Source: an uncultured Candidatus Saccharibacteria bacterium (GTDB lineage: Bacteria; Patescibacteriota; Minisyncoccia; Phycocordibacterales; CAYSCM01). Taken from it: a stretch of 64,000 bases of DNA. Each line of letters opens with the position of its first letter. Within the stretch, counting starts at the first letter, position 1. The notes beneath the pieces are model-generated. The model had not been told where the DNA came from. It did not search any database and was given only the letters and a program-made list of their open reading frames with translations. The stretch covers positions 192,001 to 256,000 of the forward strand of contig CAYSCM010000001.1 of NCBI GenBank assembly GCA_964429815.1. Direction: 5' to 3'. Position numbers and translations under genes: made by a program. Below are positions 54,639 through 64,000 of the stretch, one piece after another.

Positions 54639-55853
54639 ATGGCCCTCTATACATTTAAAGCGGTGCGGGTAACCGGTGAACCATTCGAAGGGCAGCTTGA
54701 AGCATCGGATCGATTCGCGCTTTACAGGGAAATACGCAAGCAGGGCGGTTCGGTGCTCTCCGTCCATGAAGCGAGGAAAAAGAGAGGCCTCACGTTCGAC
54801 CTCGGTGCACTTTTTGGTTCGGTAAAGACGGCCGAGAAAATCGTGCTTTTACGCAACCTCGCCGCGATGATAGACGCGGGACTCTCACTCGCTCGCGGGC
54901 TCTCGGTTATGGAGCGACAGTCGCGCAACAAAAAGCTCAAGGAAGTGCTTCAGGCGATAGAAGGGGAGATAAACCAGGGAGGAACTCTTCACGATGGCCT
55001 CGCCAAGTTCCCAAAAATTTTCCCGCCTTTTCTCATCGCCATGGTGCGTGCGGGAGAAGAGTCAGGAACGCTCGGGAAAGCTCTGCGCATCGTCGCGCTT
55101 CAAATGGACCGCTCCTACCACCTCACCAAGAAAATCCGTGGCGCCATGATATATCCCGGCATCGTACTCTCCGTCATGGTGCTCGTTGGAGCTATCATGC
55201 TCATTTTCATCGTGCCGACCCTTACCTCGACCTTCAACGACCTCCACGTGACGCTCCCCACCTCGACAAAGATAGTCATCGCAGTCTCAAACTTTCTCGC
55301 GCATAACACGCTCGTGGCGCTTGCGGGGCTTATCTTCCTTGTTGGCGCGTTTATCTACGCCATTCGTACGCCGAAGGGAAGCCGTGCGCTCGACTGGACG
55401 CTGCTGCGGGTCCCCATCATCAACGGGCTCGTAAAACAGACCAATACCGCACGCACCACACGCACGCTCTCTTCGCTCCTCTCCTCCGGCGTTTCCGTGA
55501 CGAATGCCATCACCATCACGCAGGACGTGCTCCAAAGCTCGTACTTTAAAGCGGTCATGAAAGAGGCGCGCGAGCACATCGAAAAAGGCGAACAGATCGC
55601 CGCGACCATCGAAAAGTACCCGAACCTCTATCCGGTCATGGTGGGCGAGATGATCGCCGTCGGTGAAGAAACGGGGAAGCTCTCGGAGCTCCTGCTCCAG
55701 GTCGCGGAATTTTATGAAGACGAGGTCGAACAAAAGACCAAGGATATGTCCACCATCATCGAGCCGTTCCTCATGGTCGTCATCGGCATTACGGTGGGCT
55801 TCTTCGCCTACTCGATGATAACGCCGATTTATTCGATAAGCAGCAGCTTTTGA
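54639..55853 (+). CDS. pilC: type IV pilus/type II secretion platform protein PilC/GspF family
   Basis: 404 aa. Two GspF repeats and 3 TM helices. Follows pilB with a 6-nt gap. Confidence 0.85.
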   Translation: MALYTFKAVRVTGEPFEGQLEASDRFALYREIRKQGGSVLSVHEARKKRGLTFDLGALFGSVKTAEKIVLLRNLAAMIDAGLSLARGLSVMERQSRNKKLKEVLQAIEGEINQGGTLHDGLAKFPKIFPPFLIAMVRAGEESGTLGKALRIVALQMDRSYHLTKKIRGAMIYPGIVLSVMVLVGAIMLIFIVPTLTSTFNDLHVTLPTSTKIVIAVSNFLAHNTLVALAGLIFLVGAFIYAIRTPKGSRALDWTLLRVPIINGLVKQTNTARTTRTLSSLLSSGVSVTNAITITQDVLQSSYFKAVMKEAREHIEKGEQIAATIEKYPNLYPVMVGEMIAVGEETGKLSELLLQVAEFYEDEVEQKTKDMSTIIEPFLMVVIGITVGFFAYSMITPIYSISSSF

Positions 55854-55856
55854 CGT

Positions 55857-56306
55857 ATGAACGCGCGCGGCTTCACATTGGTCGAGATACTCCTGACGAT
55901 CCTCATCATGATCCTGATCGCCGGTGTGCTCTTCTCCGCGTTCCGCTCCTTCACCTCGCGACGCATCCTCGACGGCGCATCGGCGGAGGTCGTCTCGGCG
56001 CTCTCACAAGCGCGACAGGATACCCTCGACTCGCTCGCCGACTCCTCCTATGGCGTACACTTCGGCAGCGGCAGCGTCGTCATTTTCAAAGGGGCTTCGT
56101 ACACGCCGGGGGATTCGAATAATCGGACCATTACGCTCACGTCGCTCGTGACCCTAACTCCCTCCCTCACCGGCGGCGCGATCGACATCACCTTCGCTCG
56201 TCTCACGGGGAAGGCGAGCGTATCGGGCACCGTCGTGGTCTCCCTTAAAGCCGACACGTCGCAAACACGCACGGTAACGGTGACGCTAGGCGGCATAAGC
56301 TCATGA
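55857..56306 (+). CDS. type IV pilin-like protein (class III prepilin signal)
   Basis: N-terminus MNARGFTLVEILLTILIMILIAGV: G-F-T-L-V-E prepilin cleavage/methylation motif. Confidence 0.75.
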   Translation: MNARGFTLVEILLTILIMILIAGVLFSAFRSFTSRRILDGASAEVVSALSQARQDTLDSLADSSYGVHFGSGSVVIFKGASYTPGDSNNRTITLTSLVTLTPSLTGGAIDITFARLTGKASVSGTVVVSLKADTSQTRTVTVTLGGISS

Positions 56307-56791
56307 AACAAAACCTTCAACGCGGGGTCGGGCTCATCGAGGTGGCGATAGGGATCGGCATCGTCGCCGTTTTTATCGTCGGCGTCATACTCGCCTTTCG
56401 TCAGTACTTGGCGGTGGGGCTCGGGAATACCGCAAAAATCCAGGCCGCCTATTACGCCGAAGAAGGCATAGAAGTAGCGCGCGCGCTGCGGGACTCTAGC
56501 TGGAGCACGTTTGCCGCTCTCTCGACGACAACGACGTATTATCTCGCTCAGGTGAGCGGGGTGTGGGCGACGACAACGACCGCAACGACGACCCTCCCGG
56601 GGTTCACGCGCACTCTGCAGCTTGGGAGCGTCTATCGGGACAATTCGACGAGCAATATCGTAGCGGCCACCTCCTCGAATAAGTATCTCGATCCCGATGC
56701 GCGTCAAGTGACCGTGAGCGTTTCGTGGGTCGGTCCTACGCGCTCCACTATTTCCTATACGCTCACGACCTATCTCACTAAAATTTTCTGA
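56303..56791 (+). CDS. type IV pilin-like protein
   Basis: N-terminus MKQNLQRGVGLIEVAIGIGIVAVFIVGVILA, prepilin-like (G-V-G-L-I-E). Confidence 0.7.
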   Translation: MKQNLQRGVGLIEVAIGIGIVAVFIVGVILAFRQYLAVGLGNTAKIQAAYYAEEGIEVARALRDSSWSTFAALSTTTTYYLAQVSGVWATTTTATTTLPGFTRTLQLGSVYRDNSTSNIVAATSSNKYLDPDARQVTVSVSWVGPTRSTISYTLTTYLTKIF

Positions 56792-56793
56792 CC

Positions 56794-57309
56794 ATGAACA
56801 CGCACCGACACGATCGCGGATACTCGCTCGTCGAAATGATCATCTATATCGCCATTCTCGTCCTCGTCGCGGGGCTCGTCATAGAGGGACTCCTGCCGCT
56901 GGCTCGTTCATATCGGCAAGTGGTCCTTGCGCTTGCGATCGACGGCTCGGCGTCCGCAGCGCTCGAGCGGATGGTGCGCGAAATCCGGCAAGCAAGCGCC
57001 GTCTCGGGTTCGAGCGTCCTCAACTCCTCCCCGGGGACGCTCGTTCTCACTTCGACAGATAGTTCCGGAAACGGCACGACCATTACGTTTGATACGAGTG
57101 CGGGCGCCGTGCGCATCCAGGAGGGAGGAGGGGCTCCCTACAATCTCACCGGAGGAGGGGTGAGCGTTTCAAAACTTATATTTTCGACCCAGGCGAACGG
57201 TACAACCTCCGCGCTCGTCGGTATTGACATGGTACTTTCGGCGACGTTCGGTTCGACAACGCGTGCGAGCGAATTTAAAACAAGCGCGACGCTGCGCAAC
57301 AGCTACTAA
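56794..57309 (+). CDS. type IV pilin-like protein
   Basis: N-terminus MNTHRHDRGYSLVEMIIYIAILVLVAG, prepilin-like (G-Y-S-L-V-E). Confidence 0.7.
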   Translation: MNTHRHDRGYSLVEMIIYIAILVLVAGLVIEGLLPLARSYRQVVLALAIDGSASAALERMVREIRQASAVSGSSVLNSSPGTLVLTSTDSSGNGTTITFDTSAGAVRIQEGGGAPYNLTGGGVSVSKLIFSTQANGTTSALVGIDMVLSATFGSTTRASEFKTSATLRNSY

Positions 57310-57346
57310 TATGCGATACGGCACGAGAGGTCAAGGAGGTCAGGCA

Positions 57347-58600
57347 ATGCTCGGCGGCGTACTCTTTTTTCTCTCCGGAGCACTCCTCGTCATCGGCGCC
57401 ATCGCCTCGCCGGTGCTGCGCGATACCCGTATGGCTCGAAACCTCGCGGTCTCCAAGGTTACGTATGCCGGCGCAGAAGGCGCGCTCGAGGACGCTCTCT
57501 ATCGCTATATCAAAAACAAAACGATCGCGAGCACGTATGCCATGAGCATCGGCAGCTCTTCCCTAACCATATCCGCGCAAGACGTCGTCACCGACAAGGT
57601 GATCACCGCCGTGAGCGCCGATGAGGGGAGGGTTCGCAAGGTCACCGCCACCATCGTTCAGGGCGACGGCGCATCGTTCAATGCGGGGCTTCAGGCGGGA
57701 ACCGGAGGGATTTCGATGACCAATTCGGCGTCGGTGATCGGAAACGTTTTCAGCAACGGCCCCGTGACCGGGTCGAATAGCAATATTATCTACGGCGGCG
57801 TCGTATCGGCCGGACAGGCCGGCATTATTGACGGCGCTCATGCAACCGGTACCGCCTATGCACACACCATTCAAAATGCGGTCATCGACAAAGACGCTTA
57901 TTACCAGGTGATAACGAGCTCGACCGTGGGCGGCACCAATCACCCCAACAGCACCGATGTTTCTACGACGAGCCTACCGATTTCCGATGCCCAGGTAACC
58001 ACATGGGAGAACGACGCGGCCGCCGGCGGCACGATATCCACGTGCCCCTATACCATAAGCGCCAACACGACACTGGGTCCCAAAAAAATTGCCTGCGACC
58101 TCACCCTTAAAAACGCGACCCTCAACCTCACGGGACCGCTTTGGATAACCGGCAACTTTACCGTGGGAAATGGATCGTCTATCACCATCGATCCGTCCGT
58201 CGGCAACAAAAGCGTCGCCATAGTCGTCGACAATCCGAGCGATCGCGCAACCGGCAGCACCGTCACGCTTCAAAACAACATTTCGTTTAGCGGAAACGGC
58301 AACACCGGCTCGTTCGTTCTTCTTCTTTCCCAAAACAACAGTGCGGAAAATGGAGGAAGCACCCTTGCTATCAACCTGGCCAATCAAGCGACGGGAGACC
58401 TCATGCTCTATGCCGGCCACGGCAAAGTAAGTCTTTCGAATAACACCGGCGCCGCAAGCCCAGTGCGCACCGTAACCGCGTATCGCATCGAATTATCGAA
58501 CTCGGCCCAGGTCATTTATAAGATCGGTCTCATAAGCGTCATTTTCACAGAAGGCCCTTCTGCGGGGTATAGCATTTCCAAGTGGCAGGAGACGCAGTAA
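57347..58600 (+). CDS. large pilus-associated (minor-pilin/tip-like) secreted protein
   Basis: ORF 57224..58600. Start assigned to the ATG at 57347 with RBS AAGGAGG. Hydrophobic N-terminus LGGVLFFLSGALLVIGAIASPVL. Thr/Ser/Gly/Asn-rich beta repeats. Confidence 0.5.
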   Translation: MLGGVLFFLSGALLVIGAIASPVLRDTRMARNLAVSKVTYAGAEGALEDALYRYIKNKTIASTYAMSIGSSSLTISAQDVVTDKVITAVSADEGRVRKVTATIVQGDGASFNAGLQAGTGGISMTNSASVIGNVFSNGPVTGSNSNIIYGGVVSAGQAGIIDGAHATGTAYAHTIQNAVIDKDAYYQVITSSTVGGTNHPNSTDVSTTSLPISDAQVTTWENDAAAGGTISTCPYTISANTTLGPKKIACDLTLKNATLNLTGPLWITGNFTVGNGSSITIDPSVGNKSVAIVVDNPSDRATGSTVTLQNNISFSGNGNTGSFVLLLSQNNSAENGGSTLAINLANQATGDLMLYAGHGKVSLSNNTGAASPVRTVTAYRIELSNSAQVIYKIGLISVIFTEGPSAGYSISKWQETQ

Positions 58601-58679
58601 AACCCTGGTACCAGGCGAAGAAATATGGTATAACTTCGCGCGGAACTGAACTCACAAGGGCAATCATAAGGGATTACTG

Positions 58680-59891
58680 ATGAGTGAAAATCTGACTGCA
58701 GCAGCGGAAACGCTGCTGAAGCCGCTCGCTCCCGACGGTGCATCCGCCTCGGCCGCGAACGGAACTTCCCTCATAAACGAGCAGAAGGCCTCGATCACCC
58801 GCCCGGAAGAACCTATCGTGCTTCCAGGTGCGGCAGCTGTCCCCTCCGAGACTCCGGTTGCGGCTGATGAAGCGCGACCGGAAGAACTTCGAGCTCCCCA
58901 GTCCGTACGCCCGAACAAATTCCAAGAGCTTCTCGCTCGCTCCATCGAAGCGCGATTACGGCTCCGGTGGGAAGAAGCGGCTGGAGAACTCGCGCTCCTT
59001 GGTATGACGCCGGAAGAGCGCGAGAGCGCCTTCAGGGCGTGGGAAGCTCGACATCGGCCGCTTGTTGATATGAAAGAAGAACGGCGGATGCTTCTGCGCT
59101 TGAAGCGTTCGCGGGTCAAGGAAAAGAAAAAGGAGGGCGACTACTTGCAAATCCTCAAGAGCAAGAACGTCGACCTCACGCCGTTTGAGGACTTTTTCGC
59201 ACATGAGTGTGAAAAAGACCCTCGAGTCCGTTTGCGCAAGGACCTCTGGAACAATTTCCTTCGAGCTAGCGATGTAGGCCGTGGTGCGCTTCTACCGCTC
59301 TCGCAAGCTCTTCGCTTCACGGGCCTAAGCGACAAGATCGCCTCAATATCGCTTGCGGGCGACAAGGGTCGCACAGGCGTGATAACTCTTAGCATCAGCG
59401 GAAGGGTGGTCGTCAGACACGGGACCCCGGGCGTTACGTGGATCGGCGAACACGTGATACCCGTCATCGTGTTTTCCATTCGGACCTGGTTTTCCGGCTG
59501 GCGACGATTCCACTGTCGTCCCAGGACACAGATGTTCACGTACCCCTTGGTCTCGTGGATCAAGCTCACCACGACAGCACAGTTCTGCGATACGGATAAG
59601 GTCGGCAGAGCCGTCGAACCGATGAAACTCGAGCGTGTCATCGAGGCACTCAAGGATCGGGAGTCTGAGGAGCTTTCAACCTCGTTCGAGGTCCGCCGCT
59701 CTGGGACGCACGACCACCTTCGGTTCGTTGTGCGCACCAGCATGCCCTACGTCGGCGTGAAGTACGTCGACGACTGCGACGCGAGTCCTGAGCTGTGGGG
59801 GGTTCTTGGCGAGGACGTGCACAAGCTCTTCCTTCCCTGGATCCCGCATCCCGGCTTCGCGCCGGCTCCCCGAGCGGCATCGTCTTCCTGA
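58680..59891 (+). CDS. hypothetical protein
   Basis: 403-aa ORF downstream of the pilus operon. No recognisable motifs. Confidence 0.35.
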   Translation: MSENLTAAAETLLKPLAPDGASASAANGTSLINEQKASITRPEEPIVLPGAAAVPSETPVAADEARPEELRAPQSVRPNKFQELLARSIEARLRLRWEEAAGELALLGMTPEERESAFRAWEARHRPLVDMKEERRMLLRLKRSRVKEKKKEGDYLQILKSKNVDLTPFEDFFAHECEKDPRVRLRKDLWNNFLRASDVGRGALLPLSQALRFTGLSDKIASISLAGDKGRTGVITLSISGRVVVRHGTPGVTWIGEHVIPVIVFSIRTWFSGWRRFHCRPRTQMFTYPLVSWIKLTTTAQFCDTDKVGRAVEPMKLERVIEALKDRESEELSTSFEVRRSGTHDHLRFVVRTSMPYVGVKYVDDCDASPELWGVLGEDVHKLFLPWIPHPGFAPAPRAASSS

Positions 59892-59988
59892 ATTTTCGCG
59901 CCACGGTACCAGGCGCCCGCAGTGCGGGCGCCTTTTTCTTTTTGTTCTTTTTAGAAATTGCGCGGCGCCGTCATGCTACAATTTCTCC

Positions 59989-60747
59989 ATGAAAAAAGGG
60001 CTCGTCGTCGCCAATTGGAAGATGAACCCGCAGAGTGTCGCGGAGGCCCAGAGGCTCCTGCGCGCGACCAAACTCGTAGCGTCTCGCTCCAAAATTCAGG
60101 TCGTCGTGTGCCCTCCCGCGCCATTCCTCTCGCTTCTTAGCTCCTCGATGCGCTCCGGCAAACTCGCACTTGGCGCGCAAGACCTCTCTGCGCTCGATGG
60201 GGGTTCTCACACCGGGGAAATTTCTGCCGCCATGCTCCGAAGCGTGAAAGTCTCCTATGTCATCGTAGGACACTCGGAACGCCGTGCACTCGGAGAGAAG
60301 AATGACGCGGTCGCGGCGAAACTGCGTCGAGCCCTTTCGGATGATCTTACCCCAATCCTTTGTGTCGGAGAGCATGAACGCGACAAGGAAGGCGAGTATC
60401 TCGAGGAACTACGGACCCAAATAAAAGAGTCACTCAAAGGCATACACCTCACGGACCTCAAATACCTTGCCATTGCCTATGAGCCGGTGTGGGCCATCGG
60501 CCGCACGGCAGCCTTCGCGCTTCCCCCGAACGAGCTCGTTCAGACGACGCTCTTTGTCCGCAAGGTACTTTCAGAACTCTACAATAACGCCACGGCTCTT
60601 TCCGTTCCTATTCTTTATGGTGGTTCCGTCGAGCGGGACAACGCAGCACAGCTCGCGGAAAGTGGCGCCGTCTCCGGCGCGCTCGTCGGGCATGCTTCTC
60701 TGAAACCGGAGGAATTTTCGATTATCGTCAAAGCTTTCGACCACTAG
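59989..60747 (+). CDS. tpiA: triosephosphate isomerase
   Basis: ORF 59806..60747 with start MKKGLVVANWKMN (ATG 59989). VVANWKMN, IVGHSERR and AYEPVWAIGRT active-site motifs. Confidence 0.9.
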   Translation: MKKGLVVANWKMNPQSVAEAQRLLRATKLVASRSKIQVVVCPPAPFLSLLSSSMRSGKLALGAQDLSALDGGSHTGEISAAMLRSVKVSYVIVGHSERRALGEKNDAVAAKLRRALSDDLTPILCVGEHERDKEGEYLEELRTQIKESLKGIHLTDLKYLAIAYEPVWAIGRTAAFALPPNELVQTTLFVRKVLSELYNNATALSVPILYGGSVERDNAAQLAESGAVSGALVGHASLKPEEFSIIVKAFDH

Positions 60748-60749
60748 CT

Positions 60750-61886
60750 ATGGCCCTCTCCGTCCCCACCATACGAACGCTTGGTAACTTGCGCGGTACG
60801 CGCGTACTTCTGCGCACCGGTTTTAATGTTCCGCTTACTTCGGAAGGGGAGATAGCAGATGACTTCCGCATTCGCCGGGCGCTGCCGACAATAGAGTATC
60901 TGGTCCAGCTTGGGGCCCGCACGACCATCGTGGCGCACCTCGGGGACGGCAATCGCTCACTCTCCGCCATCGCTACCATGCTCGAAAGCCAGCTGCCCCT
61001 CACGTTCGTGCCTGACCTCGTGGGGCGCGAAGCGAAAAAGGCCCGCGAGGCGCTCCAAAACGGGGAGGTACTCCTCCTCGAGAACGTCCGCAGTGACGCG
61101 CGCGAGGTGCAAAATGATGATGCTTTCGCCCGTGAACTTGCCGCAGGGGCCGATATCTATCTCAACGACGCATTCGCCGACTCCCACCGCATGCACGCTT
61201 CGATAGTCGGTATCCCCAAACACCTCCCTGGCGGGGCTGGCTTTCTCATGGAGGAAGAGACGAACAATCTCTCGCGGGCGCTCTCACCGGAACACCCGTC
61301 GCTGTTCATTCTCGGTGGTGCGAAATTCGCGACCAAGGAACCGCTCATCAAAAAGTTTCTCGACATCTATGACCATGTCTTCGTTGGGGGAGCCGTCGCC
61401 AATGATTTTTTCAAGGCGAGAGGCTACGAGGTCGGCCACTCGCTCCTCTCCTCCGGCTGGCTCAAGGCACGCGAGCTCATGAACCACCCCAAAATCCTTC
61501 TTCCCTCCGATGTGACCGTGGCCTCTCTTTCAGGGAAGGAGGCGAAACTTCTTATCGATATCGGAGAGAACGACACCATACACGACATAGGGCCGCGCTC
61601 GCTCCTCGAGCTCTCCGACGCGGTCGCCAACTCGCGCTTCGTGCTCTGGAACGGTCCCTTAGGTAACTACGAAATGGGCTACACGGAGCCCACCGAGGAG
61701 ATCGCGCGCGTCATGAGCTCCTCTTCCGCCTACTCGATTGTCGGCGGCGGTGACACCATCGCCTCCATCGGGCGCCTTAAACTCGAAAAACATTTTTCCT
61801 TTCTCTCGACAGGCGGCGGCGCGATGCTCCAGTTCCTCCAAAGCGGCACACTCCCCGGCATCGACGTACTGCGGCGAAAAACGTAG
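60750..61886 (+). CDS. pgk: phosphoglycerate kinase
   Basis: 378 aa. RTGFNVPL N-terminus, SHLGD-like IVAHLGD, and C-terminal GGGDTIAS motif. Confidence 0.9.
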   Translation: MALSVPTIRTLGNLRGTRVLLRTGFNVPLTSEGEIADDFRIRRALPTIEYLVQLGARTTIVAHLGDGNRSLSAIATMLESQLPLTFVPDLVGREAKKAREALQNGEVLLLENVRSDAREVQNDDAFARELAAGADIYLNDAFADSHRMHASIVGIPKHLPGGAGFLMEEETNNLSRALSPEHPSLFILGGAKFATKEPLIKKFLDIYDHVFVGGAVANDFFKARGYEVGHSLLSSGWLKARELMNHPKILLPSDVTVASLSGKEAKLLIDIGENDTIHDIGPRSLLELSDAVANSRFVLWNGPLGNYEMGYTEPTEEIARVMSSSSAYSIVGGGDTIASIGRLKLEKHFSFLSTGGGAMLQFLQSGTLPGIDVLRRKT

Positions 61887-61888
61887 GC

Positions 61889-62302
61889 TCACAGGCTCCG
61901 GCGTATCTTTTCCGCCACCTGCTGCGCCTCTCCCGGCTTATACGCGCGCTTCCCCCAGTGCGTATAACCGTCTTCTCTGAAGCGGGGAATGACGTGGAGG
62001 TGGGCGTGGAAGATGATCTGTCCCGCTACCTCTTCGTTGTTCATGGCGATGTTGATGCCGCCCGCGGCAACCGCCGGTTTTACTGCCTTTGCTATTTTCT
62101 GGACGGTACGCATGAGCGCCGCGAGATGATGGTCGTCTAGTGCGTAAAGGTTTTCAAAATGCTTTTTTGGAACGACGAGCGTGTGACCTGGATTGTTCGG
62201 GTGGATGTCCAAGAACGCGAGCGTATCATCGTCCTCGTATACCTTGTAGGAAGGGATTTCGCCCCGAACTATCTTACAAAAAACGCAGTCGAGAGAATTC
62301 AT
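61889..62302 (-). CDS. HIT-family (Hint-like) hydrolase
   Basis: ORF 61889..62386 with probable start MNSLDCVFCKIV. Signature HAHLHVIPR (HxHxHxx). Confidence 0.8.
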   Translation of the reverse strand: MNSLDCVFCKIVRGEIPSYKVYEDDDTLAFLDIHPNNPGHTLVVPKKHFENLYALDDHHLAALMRTVQKIAKAVKPAVAAGGINIAMNNEEVAGQIIFHAHLHVIPRFREDGYTHWGKRAYKPGEAQQVAEKIRRSL

Positions 62303-62319
62303 CGTGCTAGGATTGTACC

Positions 62320-64000
62320 ATGCGCCGTTATGCTCTCCGCGAAGCACCTCATCCGGACACCCTACAAGAACTCTCCACTCTTCCACCGCTACTTTCCGAA
62401 CTCCTCGTCGCGCGTGGCATCACTGAACCGCTCGGGGCTCAGGAATTTCTCAATCCCTCTTACGAGAAACATCTTCACGATCCCTACCTTCTCCCTGATA
62501 TGGAAAAATCAGTGGAGAGGATTCTCTCAGCGATCGCAAAGAGCGAGAAGGTCGTTATTTGGAATGATTATGACTGTGATGGCATCCCCGGCGGAGCGCT
62601 CCTCCACGATTTTTTTAAAAAAATAAACTACGCCAATTTTCGAAACTACATTCCGCACCGTCACAGGGAAGGCTACGGGCTCAATGTGGAGGGAATTGAA
62701 ACGCTCAAGGCAGAAGGAGCCGCTCTCATCATCACTGTTGATTGCGGGATCGTGGATCACGTCCCGATTGAAAAGGCAACTCAGCTGGGAATCGATGTCA
62801 TTGTCACTGACCACCACCTGCCGGGCGAGACTCTACCGCCGGCCTACGCGGTCATAAACGTAAAGCGCAGGGATTCGACCTATCCCTTCGATGGTCTTTC
62901 CGGCGCCGGAACCGCATTTAAGCTCGTTCAAGCTCTTCTTATAAAGAATCGTTTCGGGATTAAAGAGGGATGGGAGAAATGGCTTCTCGATATGGCAGGG
63001 CTTGCGACGATTGCTGACATGATGCCGCTCATAGGCGAAAACCGGGCCCTCGCTCACTATGGCCTTAAGGTACTTCGCAAATCACCGCGGCCAGGACTTA
63101 TGAAACTCTGCCGTCTTATGAAAACTGAACAATCATCCATCACCGAGGATGATGTCGGTTTTATGATCGCACCGCGCGTCAATGCCGCCTCACGCATGGA
63201 CAAACCCGAAGATGCGTTCCATCTTTTGACCACAACGGACGAAGGGCAGGCTGACGAGCTTGCAGCGAAGCTCAACCGCATCAATGACGAACGGAAAGGC
63301 GTGGTAGCCTCGACCGTAAAAGAAATAAAGAAGCGCATCGCATCCTTTACGGAAGTGAAAGAAGTGATCGTCATGGGCAATCCCGCTTGGCGCCCGGGAC
63401 TCCTCGGACTTGCCGCCAATACACTCGTTGAAGAATACAGTCGGCCGGTGTTTTTGTGGGGGCGTGAGGGAGGAGAGATCATCAAGGGCTCGTGTCGCTC
63501 CGATGGATCGGTCAATGTGGTCACTCTTATGGGTGCTGCGAAGCGGGTATTTGATGACTTTGGTGGGCACTCTCTTTCGGGAGGATTCTCAATGTCACAA
63601 GAGAAAGTACACGTGCTCGAGGAGACGCTCATTGCCGCGTATAAAGAGGTAAGACTTGAAGAGGGAATTATTGAAGAGGCAATGATAGATAAAAAACTCT
63701 CGCTTGAGGATGTAACCTTCGATACCTATCGCCTCATCGAAAAGCTCTCGCCGTTTGGGGAGGGGAATCCGAAGCCGCTCTTTATGTTCGAGGACGTCGA
63801 GGTGAAAGAAGTTCGAATGTTCGGCAAGGAGAAACAACACCTCGAGCTCCTATTTGAAAATTTCTCCGGGCGAAAAATATCCGCCATAGCCTTTTTTGCT
63901 AAACCCGAGGATTTTCAGCGTGTTCCCGTAGCTGGAAAGACGATAAATCTCGTCGCTAACATGGAAAAATCCAATTTTCGAAACTATTCCCAGCTGCGCC
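62320..64000 (+). CDS. recJ: single-stranded-DNA-specific exonuclease RecJ (3' end beyond window)
   Basis: Manual translation from ATG 62320: MRRYALREAPHP...VVIWNDYDCDGIPGGALL (DHH motif I)...VDCGIVDH...VIVTDHH (DHH). Open to the window end. Absent from the ORF track because no stop is reached. Confidence 0.8.
   Translation, partial: MRRYALREAPHPDTLQELSTLPPLLSELLVARGITEPLGAQEFLNPSYEKHLHDPYLLPDMEKSVERILSAIAKSEKVVIWNDYDCDGIPGGALLHDFFKKINYANFRNYIPHRHREGYGLNVEGIETLKAEGAALIITVDCGIVDHVPIEKATQLGIDVIVTDHHLPGETLPPAYAVINVKRRDSTYPFDGLSGAGTAFKLVQALLIKNRFGIKEGWEKWLLDMAGLATIADMMPLIGENRALAHYGLKVLRKSPRPGLMKLCRLMKTEQSSITEDDVGFMIAPRVNAASRMDKPEDAFHLLTTTDEGQADELAAKLNRINDERKGVVASTVKEIKKRIASFTEVKEVIVMGNPAWRPGLLGLAANTLVEEYSRPVFLWGREGGEIIKGSCRSDGSVNVVTLMGAAKRVFDDFGGHSLSGGFSMSQEKVHVLEETLIAAYKEVRLEEGIIEEAMIDKKLSLEDVTFDTYRLIEKLSPFGEGNPKPLFMFEDVEVKEVRMFGKEKQHLELLFENFSGRKISAIAFFAKPEDFQRVPVAGKTINLVANMEKSNFRNYSQLR

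Noticed and set aside
53931-54767. 278-aa minus-strand ORF
   Set aside because: Antisense to pilB/pilC, His/Arg-rich shadow ORF.
1-64000. CRISPR arrays, cas genes, transposases, reverse transcriptases
   Set aside because: No short regularly spaced direct repeats with unique spacers were found, and none of the ORFs shows transposase, Cas or RT motifs.

Overview
The window is GC-rich (estimated 55-60% by eye), gene-dense bacterial DNA. Its gene content suggests a small-genome Patescibacteria/CPR-like or Gram-positive-like organism (inference, low confidence). Three blocks stand out.

- Block A (1..15381, mostly minus strand) is a type IV secretion (T4SS)-like operon. It encodes a VirB4/TrbE-type ATPase, a PrgI-like two-helix membrane protein and a VirB6/TrbL-like polytopic membrane protein. 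It also encodes many signal-peptide proteins, including a 998-aa secreted protein with an LCAT-type alpha/beta-hydrolase domain (motifs AAYDWRL and AHSNGG). No relaxase, coupling protein (VirD4) or VirB11 is visible.
- Block B (15393..43238 and 46451..50433) is housekeeping: rsmA, pcrA, a LysM-M23 peptidase, comM/yifB, a dksA-like gene, pnp-rpsO, xerD, xth, cca, hup, rny, clpP, a trmB-type regulator, tig, ppa and nusA. It includes a four-tRNA cluster (Arg-UCG, Gly-GCC, Pro-UGG, Gly-UCC). Two of these tRNAs have partial duplications next to them, and a yraN-like gene and a serine protease lie between them.
- Block C (52881..58600) is a type IV pilus operon (pilB, pilC, three prepilin-like genes and one large minor-pilin-like gene). 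It is followed by tpiA, pgk, a HIT-family gene and a partial recJ.

The most unusual region is 43651..44850. A perfect consensus sigma70-type promoter (TTGACA-17-TATAAT) drives about 1.15 kb of GC-rich sequence with no credible ORF. This region has weak resemblance to some RNase P motifs and is followed by four small ORFs with good ribosome-binding sites. It is a candidate large structured ncRNA of unknown class. No CRISPR array, reverse transcriptase or transposase was seen.
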